A program made the position numbers and the translations under genes. DNA of 64,000 nt from an uncultured delta proteobacterium (GTDB lineage: Bacteria > Myxococcota_A > UBA9160 > SZUA-336), in NCBI GenBank assembly GCA_963704165.1, contig CAVPHD010000006.1, forward strand, positions 1 through 64,000. Reading direction: 5' to 3'. Positions 20,831 through 29,696 of the stretch are shown here, in pieces (position 1 is the first letter of the stretch; each line of letters opens with the position of its first letter). A model generated the notes under the pieces. The model was not told the origin of the DNA. It ran no database searches and saw only the letters and a program-made list of their open reading frames with translations.

Positions 20831-21990
20831 TGTCTTCGAACCCCGGTCGTTCCCACGAGCGACTGGTCACGCTGATCACCGACATCTACGACGCCGCGCT
20901 CGACGCTTCGCGGTGGCGGGCCCTCCTTCCGGAGCTCGTTCAGTTCGTCGGAGCGACGCGCTGCGGATTCGGCATCGCGGCGCCGGACGACACGACCACC
21001 GACCTGACCCTCACGCACGAGCTCGACCCCGAGCTGCTCGAGAGATGGCAGCGCGACTTCGCGGGATTCGACCCGGTCTACGAGCGGGTCGGCGCGCTGC
21101 CCGAAGGCATGATCTTCCGCGCCTGGGACGCGATTTCCGCGCAGGAGCTCCGGCGGCTCGAGATGTACGCAGACTGCATCTCCCCGCTCGGCATCGACGA
21201 CCAGCTCGTCACGATCCTGACGAGCTCGGGCGATCGCCGGGCGTTCTTCTCCGCCTATCGCAGCCAGTCCGAGGGGCCGTTCTCGGCGGAGGACGTGCGC
21301 GCCTACCACGCCATCGGATCGCACCTGGTGCGGGCGGCCCGGATCCAGGAGAAGCTCCACTCGCTTTCCTTCGCCGAGGTTTTCCGCGACGTCGCGTTCG
21401 AGGTGCTCCCGTTCGGCGTCCTGATTCTCGACCCGGCGGGCGCCGTGGTCTCGGTCAATCGGGAAGCGGAGCGAATTCTCGCGGTCGGCGACGCGCTTCG
21501 GATCTGCGCGCGTCGCCTGACGTTGTACTCCCCGGAGGCCGAGGCCAAGCTGCACCGGGCGATCGGCCGGGCACGCGCGCCCGTTGCGCCTCCGGGCCTG
21601 TCGCAGGCGAGCGTTCTCGCGGCGCCGCGTCGCAACGCGAAGAAGCCCTACCAGCTTCTGGTCGCCCCGATTCCGCCGCATGCCGCGGAGGCGGTGTTCA
21701 GCTTCGAGAGCAGGAGTCCGGCGGCCCTCGTCGTCGTCAGCGACCCGGAGGCGAGTGTGGCTCCGGCTGCGGAAACGCTCCGGCGCCTCTTCTCCTTGAC
21801 GCCCGCGCTCTCGCGGCTCGCCGCAGCGCTCGCCTCGGGAAAGACCCTCCGCGAGTACGCCGGCGAGTCCGGCGTGACGGAGGGCACCGCACGCCAGCAG
21901 CTGAAGGAGCTGTTCATGCGGACCGGCACGTCGCGCCAGGCGGATCTCATGCGGGTCCTGCTCAGCGGAGTGGGGCAGCTGCGGATCTGA
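20827..21990 (+). CDS. Sensor (GAF/PAS-like)-LuxR HTH transcriptional regulator, copy 2
   Basis: Colinear paralog of copy 1 with many identical blocks (DLTLTHELDP, GDRRAFFSAYRS, GKTLREYA). Confidence 0.85.
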   Translation: MMSSNPGRSHERLVTLITDIYDAALDASRWRALLPELVQFVGATRCGFGIAAPDDTTTDLTLTHELDPELLERWQRDFAGFDPVYERVGALPEGMIFRAWDAISAQELRRLEMYADCISPLGIDDQLVTILTSSGDRRAFFSAYRSQSEGPFSAEDVRAYHAIGSHLVRAARIQEKLHSLSFAEVFRDVAFEVLPFGVLILDPAGAVVSVNREAERILAVGDALRICARRLTLYSPEAEAKLHRAIGRARAPVAPPGLSQASVLAAPRRNAKKPYQLLVAPIPPHAAEAVFSFESRSPAALVVVSDPEASVAPAAETLRRLFSLTPALSRLAAALASGKTLREYAGESGVTEGTARQQLKELFMRTGTSRQADLMRVLLSGVGQLRI

Positions 21991-22020
21991 TTCCGCTCCG
22001 CGGCAGCGCGGCGCGGGGAG

Positions 22021-22974
22021 TCACGCGCACTCCCAAGTCACGACCCCGATGCAGCCGGTCTCGACGTAGGTTGAGCGGGCGATCCGGTCGGCGGGAATCT
22101 CGGAGCCCAGCGCCTCGATCTCTTCGCGTCTGCGATAGATCAGGGACCAGTCCTGGAACGCCTCCATCGCGGCGATGTTCGGCGTCGAAGGCAGGAAGTT
22201 CGCGACCAGCAGGCGGCCAGCCGGCTCGAGCGCGGCGAAGAGCCGGGCGACGACTCCGCGCGCGACTCGATCCTGAAGGTAGTCGAGCAGACAGAGCGCG
22301 TAGATGAAGTCGAATCGCTCGGCCGCCCCGACGCTTCCGACGAGGACGCCGAGCGTCTGTCGGCGGAGCTCGAGTCCGGCGAACGCCCGATAGCGCGCGA
22401 TGTGACTCAGGCTCTCCTCGTCCTGATCGTGCGCGACGAAACGCCGGAACCTGCCCTGGGCGGTCGCGCTCCCGGGAGACACCTCCCGCAAGTGACCGCA
22501 CGCGACGGAGAGCACGCTGGCGCCGGGCTGACGCGAGGCGAGCTGATCGAGTTGCGCCTCTGCGAAGTCGCGGCGCGCACGGACGGCGGCGGCCGCCGGT
22601 GACTCCACCCAGAAATCGCAGATCGCGCGGCCGAGCGGTGTCGCGCGCTCCCAGAGCGAGGCGATCGTCGGCTCTCGATAGAGGAAATCGAGGAGCAACG
22701 CGTCGCCGGCGTAGCCGCGCGGCTTCGCGCTGGCACGCGCCGAGAACGGGCACTGCATCGCGTGACCGTAGAGCGGGTGCAGGTGCAGCATGGGCAGGAG
22801 CTCGCGCCGCCAGACCTCGACGCCAACGCTGCGGCGGATGGCGTCCAACCCGTGAAGCAGGACATCGAACTCCGCGTCGTCGACGACCTTGCGCGCCGCG
22901 GAGTCGAGCCACTGGGGAAACCGTCCGACGGCCGCCGACCCGAACTCGTCCTCTGACCGCGCCGGCACCGACAT
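22021..22974 (-). CDS. Class I SAM methyltransferase, PhcB-like family
   Basis: KPRGYAGD.L.DFLY, VLSVACGHLRE, DQDEESL, FDFIY..L.DYL, GRLLVANF, ME.F.DW.LIYR. Confidence 0.75.
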   Translation of the reverse strand: MSVPARSEDEFGSAAVGRFPQWLDSAARKVVDDAEFDVLLHGLDAIRRSVGVEVWRRELLPMLHLHPLYGHAMQCPFSARASAKPRGYAGDALLLDFLYREPTIASLWERATPLGRAICDFWVESPAAAAVRARRDFAEAQLDQLASRQPGASVLSVACGHLREVSPGSATAQGRFRRFVAHDQDEESLSHIARYRAFAGLELRRQTLGVLVGSVGAAERFDFIYALCLLDYLQDRVARGVVARLFAALEPAGRLLVANFLPSTPNIAAMEAFQDWSLIYRRREEIEALGSEIPADRIARSTYVETGCIGVVTWECA

Positions 22975-23055
22975 CGATTCAGCCCGGACCCACGAGATCT
23001 TTCTTCACCGCCGCCGCCCCCCGGACAAGGACTCTTGCTCAGAGCAAGTGACCAA

Positions 23056-23077
23056 ACATCTCCCGAATGGGGGATGT
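23056..23077. promoter_or_regulatory. 22-bp palindrome, candidate LuxR/NarL-type operator
   Basis: ACATCTCCC-GAAT-GGGGGATGT (8/9 arms); a second perfect palindrome CTTGCTC-A-GAGCAAG lies at 23034-23048. Confidence 0.5.
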
Positions 23078-23109
23078 GTGGTGGAGGCCCGGCCGAGTAG
23101 ATTCGGGGG

Positions 23110-23205
23110 CGCTAGTGGCGCTGTCTTTTGCACCTGAGACCGCTCCGTGCGGTCGTATCCCGGGGACGGGGTTGTTCCTTCCCACTCGTCTCCGGGGTAC
23201 ACCGC
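23110..23205 (+). ncRNA. Putative structured small RNA
   Basis: Hairpin 23138-23154 abuts a 16-bp stem 23155-23200 whose three non-Watson-Crick pairs are all G-U on +; upstream TAGATT -10 at 23098. Confidence 0.35.
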
Positions 23206-23251
23206 GTTTCCGGCGAGACAAATGCGGCGACCGCCCTATGCTCCCGGCCCG

Positions 23252-25132
23252 ATGCCGCTCCTCAGCTTCGAAAATGTCTCGCTCGCCTTCGGCCGGCACG
23301 CCCTCTTGGAAGGGGCGAGCCTGCAGGTCGAGGCCGGCGAGCGCGTCTGCCTGATCGGCCGCAACGGTGCCGGTAAGTCCACGCTCCTGAAGATCGTCGC
23401 GGGCGAGGTCGTGCCGGATGCCGGCGAGCTTTGGCGGATGCCCGGACTCTCGATCGCGACGCTCTCGCAGGAGCTGCCCCGCGACGACGACGCGACGGTC
23501 TTCGACGCGGTCGCGTCGGGACTCTCCGAGGTGGGGCGGCTGCTCGCGGAGTTCCACCACGTCTCGCACGACCTGGAGCACGACCCGGCCCTGCTCTCGC
23601 GGATGGAGGACCTGCAGCACGCGATCGAGGCGTGCGACGGCTGGAGCCTCGGCCAGCGCGTCGATCAGATCCTCGCGCGGCTCGAGCTTCCGGCCGATGC
23701 GCGGCTAGGCGAACTCTCCGGTGGCTGGCGCCGGCGCGTGGCGCTGGCGCAGGCGCTGGTGCGCGAGCCGGATCTGCTCCTTCTCGACGAGCCGACGAAC
23801 CACCTCGACATCGAGGTGATCTCGTGGCTCGAAGAACGGCTTCTCGAGTTCCGCGGCGGCGTGCTCTTCGTGACCCACGACCGCACCCTGCTCGCGCGGC
23901 TCGCGACGCGGATCGTCGAGCTCGATCGCGGCACGCTCAGATCGTGGGCGTGCAGCTACCCGGACTTCCTCAGCCGCAAGGCCGCCGCGCTCGAAGAAGA
24001 GGCGCGCCACGCATCGCTCTTCGACAAGAAGCTCGCGCAGGAAGAAGTCTGGATCCGCCAGGGAATCAAGGCGCGCCGCACGCGCAACGAGGGCCGCGTG
24101 CGCGCGCTCGTGGCCTTGCGCGAGGAGCGCTCGCAACGGCGCGAGCTCGAAGGCAAGGCGCGGCTCTCGCTCGACGAGGGCACTTCGTCGGGGAAGCTCG
24201 TCGCCGACGCGGAGCACGTCTCGTATTCGTGGGGCGATACGCCGATCGTGCGCGACTTCTCGCTGCGCATCATGCGCGGCGACCGGATCGGCCTGGTCGG
24301 GCCGAACGGCGTCGGCAAGACCACGTTGCTGCGCGTTCTGCTCGGCCAGCTCGCGCCGACCGCGGGCCGCGTTCGGCTCGGCACGAAGCTCGAGATCGCC
24401 TACTACGACCAGCTTCGCGCGGTGCTCGAGCTCGAGAAGACCGTGATCGAGAACATCGCCGAGGGCCGTGAGTACGTGGACGTGAAGGGCCAGCGCCGGC
24501 ACGTGATCAGCTACCTGCAGGACTTCCTCTTCAGTCCCGATCGCGCGCGCGTGCCGGTGAAGGCGCTCTCGGGCGGCGAGCGCAACCGGCTTCTGCTCGC
24601 GCGCCTGTTCGCACAGCCCGCGAACCTGCTCGTGCTCGACGAGCCGACCAACGATCTCGACATCGAGACGCTCGAGCTTCTCGAAGAGATCCTGATCGAC
24701 TACCGCGGCACGCTGCTCCTCGTCTCGCACGACCGCGCGTTCCTCGACAACGTCGTCACGTCGACGCTCGTCTTCGAGGGCGGCGGCCGCGTGCAGGAGT
24801 ACGCGGGTGGCTACAGCGACTGGCTGCGGCAGCGCGCGAAGCCGGTGTCGATCGCGGCGAAGCCGGTCGCCGACGCGAAGCCCGCGGTGCCTGCAAGACC
24901 GAAGGGAGCGAAGCTCGGCTTCAAGGAGGCGCGCGAACTCGAAGAGCTTCCCGCGGCGATCGAGTCGCTCGAGCGCGAGCAGGACGAGCTCTCCGGACGC
25001 CTCTCCGTGCCCGCCTTCTACAAGATCGATTCCACGGAGCAGGCGCGCGTGCACGCTCGACTCGCGACTCTCGACGACGAGATCCGCGCAGCGTACGCGC
25101 GCTGGGACGCGCTCGACGAGCGGCGGCGTTAG
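23252..25132 (+). CDS. uup: ABC-F ATPase Uup
   Basis: Two ABC domains (GRNGAGKST, LSGGW, DEPTNHLD; GPNGVGKTT, LSGGE), EEVWIRQGIKARRTRNEGRVRAL linker, coiled C-terminal domain. Confidence 0.93.
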   Translation: MPLLSFENVSLAFGRHALLEGASLQVEAGERVCLIGRNGAGKSTLLKIVAGEVVPDAGELWRMPGLSIATLSQELPRDDDATVFDAVASGLSEVGRLLAEFHHVSHDLEHDPALLSRMEDLQHAIEACDGWSLGQRVDQILARLELPADARLGELSGGWRRRVALAQALVREPDLLLLDEPTNHLDIEVISWLEERLLEFRGGVLFVTHDRTLLARLATRIVELDRGTLRSWACSYPDFLSRKAAALEEEARHASLFDKKLAQEEVWIRQGIKARRTRNEGRVRALVALREERSQRRELEGKARLSLDEGTSSGKLVADAEHVSYSWGDTPIVRDFSLRIMRGDRIGLVGPNGVGKTTLLRVLLGQLAPTAGRVRLGTKLEIAYYDQLRAVLELEKTVIENIAEGREYVDVKGQRRHVISYLQDFLFSPDRARVPVKALSGGERNRLLLARLFAQPANLLVLDEPTNDLDIETLELLEEILIDYRGTLLLVSHDRAFLDNVVTSTLVFEGGGRVQEYAGGYSDWLRQRAKPVSIAAKPVADAKPAVPARPKGAKLGFKEARELEELPAAIESLEREQDELSGRLSVPAFYKIDSTEQARVHARLATLDDEIRAAYARWDALDERRR

Positions 25133-25161
25133 ACTCGGGAACTCGGAAGGAGGATGGCTGA

Positions 25162-25932
25162 GTGACGCGGATGCGTGTGCTCGTGGTCACCGCGACCTGT
25201 CTCGCGAGCGCTCACGCCGCCATCGCCAGCGCCGCTTCTCCGCTCGAGTTCGCACCGGCGCAGGTGTCGATCGCGGCGCCGCCCTACCCGGTTCCCCAGC
25301 TCGCGACGGCTGTCTCGGTGGACGAGGGCAGCGGCCCGGAGACCGTCGAGAGCTTCGCGGTCATCGTGCACGCCGCGGATGCGCTGAACCCCTCCGCCGC
25401 GCTGCCGATCACCGCCGTCGCGGGGACGGCACCGGACGGCAAGTCGTTCGAAGTCGAGCTCCGCTGGACGCCGGCGGGACAGGAGTCCTTCCCCGACGAG
25501 CTCCTCTTCGACCTGCGCATCGCGCTTGCGCCGGCGGGCGGCCGCACGCCGGAGCAGACCGGCCTCGACACGGGTGAGATCACGCGCGGCTTGCTCGTGA
25601 CGCTGGCCGCCGAGCTCGCCGACCTGCAAGGCCAACTCGCGTCGGTGTACGCGAGCCACTTCGTCGAGGTCGCGGCCGGACCCTCGCTCGACGCGGCGTG
25701 GCTCGACCCCGACGTGTCCACGCTCGCCTTCGAGCCGCCGCTCGTGCGCGTCGGCTTCCGCCTCGCGCGCAACGGCCCGGCAACGCCCGCGCCGGGAGAG
25801 CCGATCTTGATCTTGACCGCGACCGGAACGACGGCCGGGTCCACACCGGGGGTATCGACACTGCCGCGTTGGGGAATGCTCGTCCTCGCTTTGGCCCTTT
25901 TCGCGGCGGCGCGGCTGCGCGCGCGAGACTAG
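25162..25932 (+). CDS. Secreted protein with IPTL-CTERM-like sorting signal
   Basis: Signal peptide; C-terminus VSTLPRWGMLVLALALFAAARLRARD; AGGAGG RBS. Confidence 0.6.
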   Translation: MTRMRVLVVTATCLASAHAAIASAASPLEFAPAQVSIAAPPYPVPQLATAVSVDEGSGPETVESFAVIVHAADALNPSAALPITAVAGTAPDGKSFEVELRWTPAGQESFPDELLFDLRIALAPAGGRTPEQTGLDTGEITRGLLVTLAAELADLQGQLASVYASHFVEVAAGPSLDAAWLDPDVSTLAFEPPLVRVGFRLARNGPATPAPGEPILILTATGTTAGSTPGVSTLPRWGMLVLALALFAAARLRARD

Positions 25933-25971
25933 CCGCTGGCGGTACACTGCGATCCACAGGAAGGAACTCCG

Positions 25972-26982
25972 ATGCCGAACGTCGAAATGTGGGGCAAGGC
26001 GCTCACGGTCATGCCGCGGATCAACAAGCAGGACTGGGACGGGCTCGACATCGTCTCGCGCTGGCTGATCGCGACCCGCTCCGCGGTCATCATCATGACG
26101 TTCACCTCCGCGGCGTTCGCGGGGCTGCTCGCCGCGAAGGCGGGCCAGTTCGACGCCCTGCTCTTCGCGCTCGTGACGCTCGGGCTCTGCCTCGCGCACG
26201 CGACGAACAATCTGGTCAACGACCTCACCGACTACTGGAAGGGCGTGGACGAGGGCAACTACTTCCGCACGCAGTACGGGCCGCAGACGGTTCAGGACGG
26301 ATTCCTCAGCGTGAAGCAGCTCCTGCTCTACGCGGCGCTCACGGGAGCGGCGGCGCTCGCGGTCGGCGGCTACCTGGTCGCGCTGCGCGGCGAGATCGTG
26401 TGGATCCTGCTCGGCGCAGGCGCATTCTTCGTGCTCTTCTACACCTGGCCACTGAAGTACATCGGGCTCGGCGAGCCGGCCGTGCTCGCGGTCTGGGGAC
26501 CGCTGATGGTCGGTGGCGGCTACTACGTGATCACGGGTGAGTGGAGCAACCACGTCGCGGTCGCGAGCATTGCCTACGCGCTCGGCCCGACGGCGGTGCT
26601 CTTCGGCAAGCACATCGACAAGCTCGACGCCGACAGCGCGAAGTCGATCCGGACGATGCCCGTGATCCTGGGCGAACGGAAGTCGCGCTACACCGTTCTC
26701 GGTATGCTGGTCGCTCAGTTCGGCGTGATCGCCTACCTCGTCGCCGTCGGCTATTTCACCCCCGCGATGCTGATCCCGTTCGCGGCCGCACCGTCGCTGC
26801 GGCGCGTCTTCGCCACCTACAAGCACCCGCGCCCGGCGCAGGCGCCCCCGGAGCTTCCGAAGGGCGTCTGGCCGCTCTACTTCGTCGCGGTCACGTTCTG
26901 GTACAACCGCCGCTTCGGCATCCTGTTCCTGGTCGGACTCGTCGGCGACATCCTCTGGTCGCGAGTGGTCGCCGGCGCCTGA
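25972..26982 (+). CDS. menA: UbiA-family prenyltransferase, MenA-like
   Basis: NNLVNDLTDYWKGVD, FYTWPLKYIGLGE, HIDKLDAD..K.IRTMPV.LG. Confidence 0.75.
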   Translation: MPNVEMWGKALTVMPRINKQDWDGLDIVSRWLIATRSAVIIMTFTSAAFAGLLAAKAGQFDALLFALVTLGLCLAHATNNLVNDLTDYWKGVDEGNYFRTQYGPQTVQDGFLSVKQLLLYAALTGAAALAVGGYLVALRGEIVWILLGAGAFFVLFYTWPLKYIGLGEPAVLAVWGPLMVGGGYYVITGEWSNHVAVASIAYALGPTAVLFGKHIDKLDADSAKSIRTMPVILGERKSRYTVLGMLVAQFGVIAYLVAVGYFTPAMLIPFAAAPSLRRVFATYKHPRPAQAPPELPKGVWPLYFVAVTFWYNRRFGILFLVGLVGDILWSRVVAGA

Positions 26983-27990
26983 CTAGCGCTTCACGAAGTC
27001 GGCGACGATCCGGGCGAGCTCGACGCCGCGTCCCTCCTGCAGGAAGTGCCCGCCGCCGGCGATCGTCACGTGCGGCTGCCCCTTCGCTCCCGGCACGCGC
27101 TCGCGAAAGACCGCGTCCCCGCCACGCGTCACCGGGTCGTTGTCGCTGAAGGCGCAGAGCAGAGGCTTCGTCCACTTCGAAAACACCTCCCAGGCGCGCG
27201 CGTTCGCTTCGAGGGACGGATCGTCGGAGAGCGTCGGCACCTGACTCGGCATCGCGCGCGGTCCCATCTTGTACGACGGATCGGGGAATGGCGCGTCGTA
27301 GGCGGCGATCTCGGCCGGAGTGAGCCTGCGTCCGTCGACGCTGCCCGCGATCAACGGGCCAACCGGTGGATCGACCGTCTCCCAGGTGAACTTCTGCCAG
27401 TAGGCGAACGTGCGCTCGGGCCGCTCGCGATCGGGATTTCCGATCGCCTGCATCATCTCGACCATCGTCGGCGTCGGTGCGTCGCGCCGGAACGCCTTCA
27501 CGGCGTCGATCCGCTCCTGCGGGACGTTCGCCGGCAGCGGCAGTCCCGTGTTCGCGACCACCACGCGCTCGAAGCGCTCGGGGTGCTCGGCGACCATCCG
27601 TAGCCCGATCAGTCCGCCCCAGTCCTGACCGACGAACGTCGCGCCGCGGAGGTCGTTCTGCACGAGCCACGCCGCGAGCCAGTCGACCTGACGCTGATAG
27701 GTGTAGTTCTCGCGCGCGGCCGGCTTGTCGGAGCGCCCGAAGCCGACCAGATCCGGCGCGATCACGCGCAGGCCGGCGCCGGTCAGCACGGGGATCATGT
27801 GCCGGTACAGGTAGCTCCAGGTGGGCTGACCGTGCATGCAGAGCACGATCGGCGCGCCCGCGGGTCCCTCGTCGACGTGGTGGATCCGGAGCGTTCCCCC
27901 CTCGCCGTCCGGCACGTCGGTATAGCGCGGAGCGAACGGGAAACCGGGCAGGTTCGAGAATCGATCGTCGGGCGTGCGCAGGGTCTTCAT
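26983..27990 (-). CDS. Haloalkane dehalogenase family
   Basis: LRTPDDRF, HGQPTWSYLYR, PDLVGFGRSDKP, QDWGGLIG, AYDAPFP, GHFLQE. Confidence 0.9.
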   Translation of the reverse strand: MKTLRTPDDRFSNLPGFPFAPRYTDVPDGEGGTLRIHHVDEGPAGAPIVLCMHGQPTWSYLYRHMIPVLTGAGLRVIAPDLVGFGRSDKPAARENYTYQRQVDWLAAWLVQNDLRGATFVGQDWGGLIGLRMVAEHPERFERVVVANTGLPLPANVPQERIDAVKAFRRDAPTPTMVEMMQAIGNPDRERPERTFAYWQKFTWETVDPPVGPLIAGSVDGRRLTPAEIAAYDAPFPDPSYKMGPRAMPSQVPTLSDDPSLEANARAWEVFSKWTKPLLCAFSDNDPVTRGGDAVFRERVPGAKGQPHVTIAGGGHFLQEGRGVELARIVADFVKR

Positions 27991-28038
27991 GCCCGAGAGC
28001 CTACATGGGTGCGCGTCGCCTTTCAGCGCGGTTGTCGA

Positions 28039-28827
28039 TCACCCGCGCATCTGCCGCAGCATCAATCGATCGTAGAGCGACGGCATCCACCGGATGATCC
28101 ACCACGACGCTTTGCCGACGGTCGAGAGGACCCGCAGGCGTCGCCGCGCGACCACGGCGCGGAGGATCGCGTCGGCGACGCTCTCCGGCGTCGCCGCCTT
28201 CCCCACGGTCGCGCGCTCTCCGCTGCCGAGCGCGTGCTGTTCGATCGCGGTGTCGGTGAATCCCGGACAGACCATCGTCACGTCCACGCCGCTGCCGTCG
28301 AGCTCGCAGCGCAGCGTCTCGAAGAGCCCGTGCAGGGCGTGTTTGCTCGCCGAGTAGCCGCTCCGCCCGTAGAGGGGCGCGAGCCCCGCGATGCTCGACA
28401 ACACGACGATGGCGCCGCGCCGCGCGACCAGGCTCGAGAGCGCCGCCTGCGTGCAGTGGATCGCGCCGAAGACGTTGATGTCGAAGACGCGGCGGTACAG
28501 CGACGGCTCCGTGTCGGCGAACTTCCCGAGCTGCGTCACGCCGGCGTTGTTGATCAGCACGTCGACGCCGCCCCAGCGCTCGATCACCGCGGCAATCGCC
28601 GCTCGGCTCGCCTCTTCGCGCGTGACGTCACAGGGAAGCGCGATGGCGTCGAGTCCGCGCGCGCGCAGATCCGTCGCAACCGCCTCGCCTCCACCGGCAT
28701 CCACGTCGAGGATCGCGACCTTCGCTCCAGCGCGCGCAAAGCGATGCGCCAGCGCGCGACCGATTCCGCTGGCCGCACCGGTGATCACGACCACGCGACC
28801 CGAAATCGTACGCTTCGACCGGCGCAT
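28039..28827 (-). CDS. SDR oxidoreductase
   Basis: [20 protein letters not shown]. Confidence 0.9.
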   Translation of the reverse strand: MRRSKRTISGRVVVITGAASGIGRALAHRFARAGAKVAILDVDAGGGEAVATDLRARGLDAIALPCDVTREEASRAAIAAVIERWGGVDVLINNAGVTQLGKFADTEPSLYRRVFDINVFGAIHCTQAALSSLVARRGAIVVLSSIAGLAPLYGRSGYSASKHALHGLFETLRCELDGSGVDVTMVCPGFTDTAIEQHALGSGERATVGKAATPESVADAILRAVVARRRLRVLSTVGKASWWIIRWMPSLYDRLMLRQMRG

Positions 28828-28949
28828 CGACGGACCTCCTCGAGCACGAAGACGTGTCTCTGGCGGCTGTTGTATCAGCCTTCGCGCCACTCGGCTTCGT
28901 CACGCGCGCCACGGATCTGGCTTATCCTCGCGGAGGAAGGAGGTGCCCC

Positions 28950-29685
28950 ATGGCTGCTGCCGCGTTCGCGTATGGCGTCCTCAGCTACCTGATCTTCTTC
29001 GCGAGCTTCCTCTACTCGATCGGCTTCGTCGGCAACCTCGGGGTCCCGAAGGCGATCGACACCGGGCCGGCGGGGCCGGCGCCGGAGGCGCTTCTCGTCG
29101 ACGTGCTTCTGCTCGGCGTGTTCGCCGTTCAGCACAGCGTCATGGCGCGCCGCGGATTCAAACGCTGGTGGACGCGGTTCGTGCCGGAGTCGGCCGAGCG
29201 CAGCACCTACGTCCTGCTCTCGGGCCTGCTTGCTGTTCCTGCTGTTCTGGAAGTGGCAGCCGATCCTCGGCGTGGTCTGGCAGGTCGAGAACGCCCTCGG
29301 CGTCACCGCGCTCGGGGTCCTGTTCTGGCTCGGCTGGGCGCTGGTCCTCTACTCCACGTTCGCGATCGACCACTTCGATCTCTTCGGCCTGCGCCAGGTC
29401 TGGTTTCGGCTCCGCGGCGCCGAGTACGTGCCGGTCGCCTTCGAGCAGCCGTGGATCTACACGGTCGTGCGGCATCCGCTGCTGCTGGGCTTCTTGATCG
29501 CCTTCTGGTCGACACCGACGATGACGCAGGGGCACCTGCTCTTCAGCGCGACCGTCACGGCCTACACGTTCCTCGGAATCCTCCTGGAGGAACGCGACCT
29601 CGTGGACGTCCACGGCGAGGCCTACGTGCAGTATCGTAAGGAGGTGCGCATGCTCCTGCCGCTTCGGCGGCGGAAGCGAGGATGA
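28950..29685 (+). CDS. mddA: Methanethiol S-methyltransferase (apparent frameshift near 29230)
   Basis: [64 protein letters not shown]. Confidence 0.8.
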
Positions 29686-29696
29686 GGGGAGAACGC

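Noticed and set aside
22975..23250. tRNA, SRP, 6S RNA or known riboswitch in this spacer
   Set aside because: I recognised no cloverleaf, SRP loop motif, long 6S-like duplex or known aptamer. It is reported only as a putative novel sRNA.
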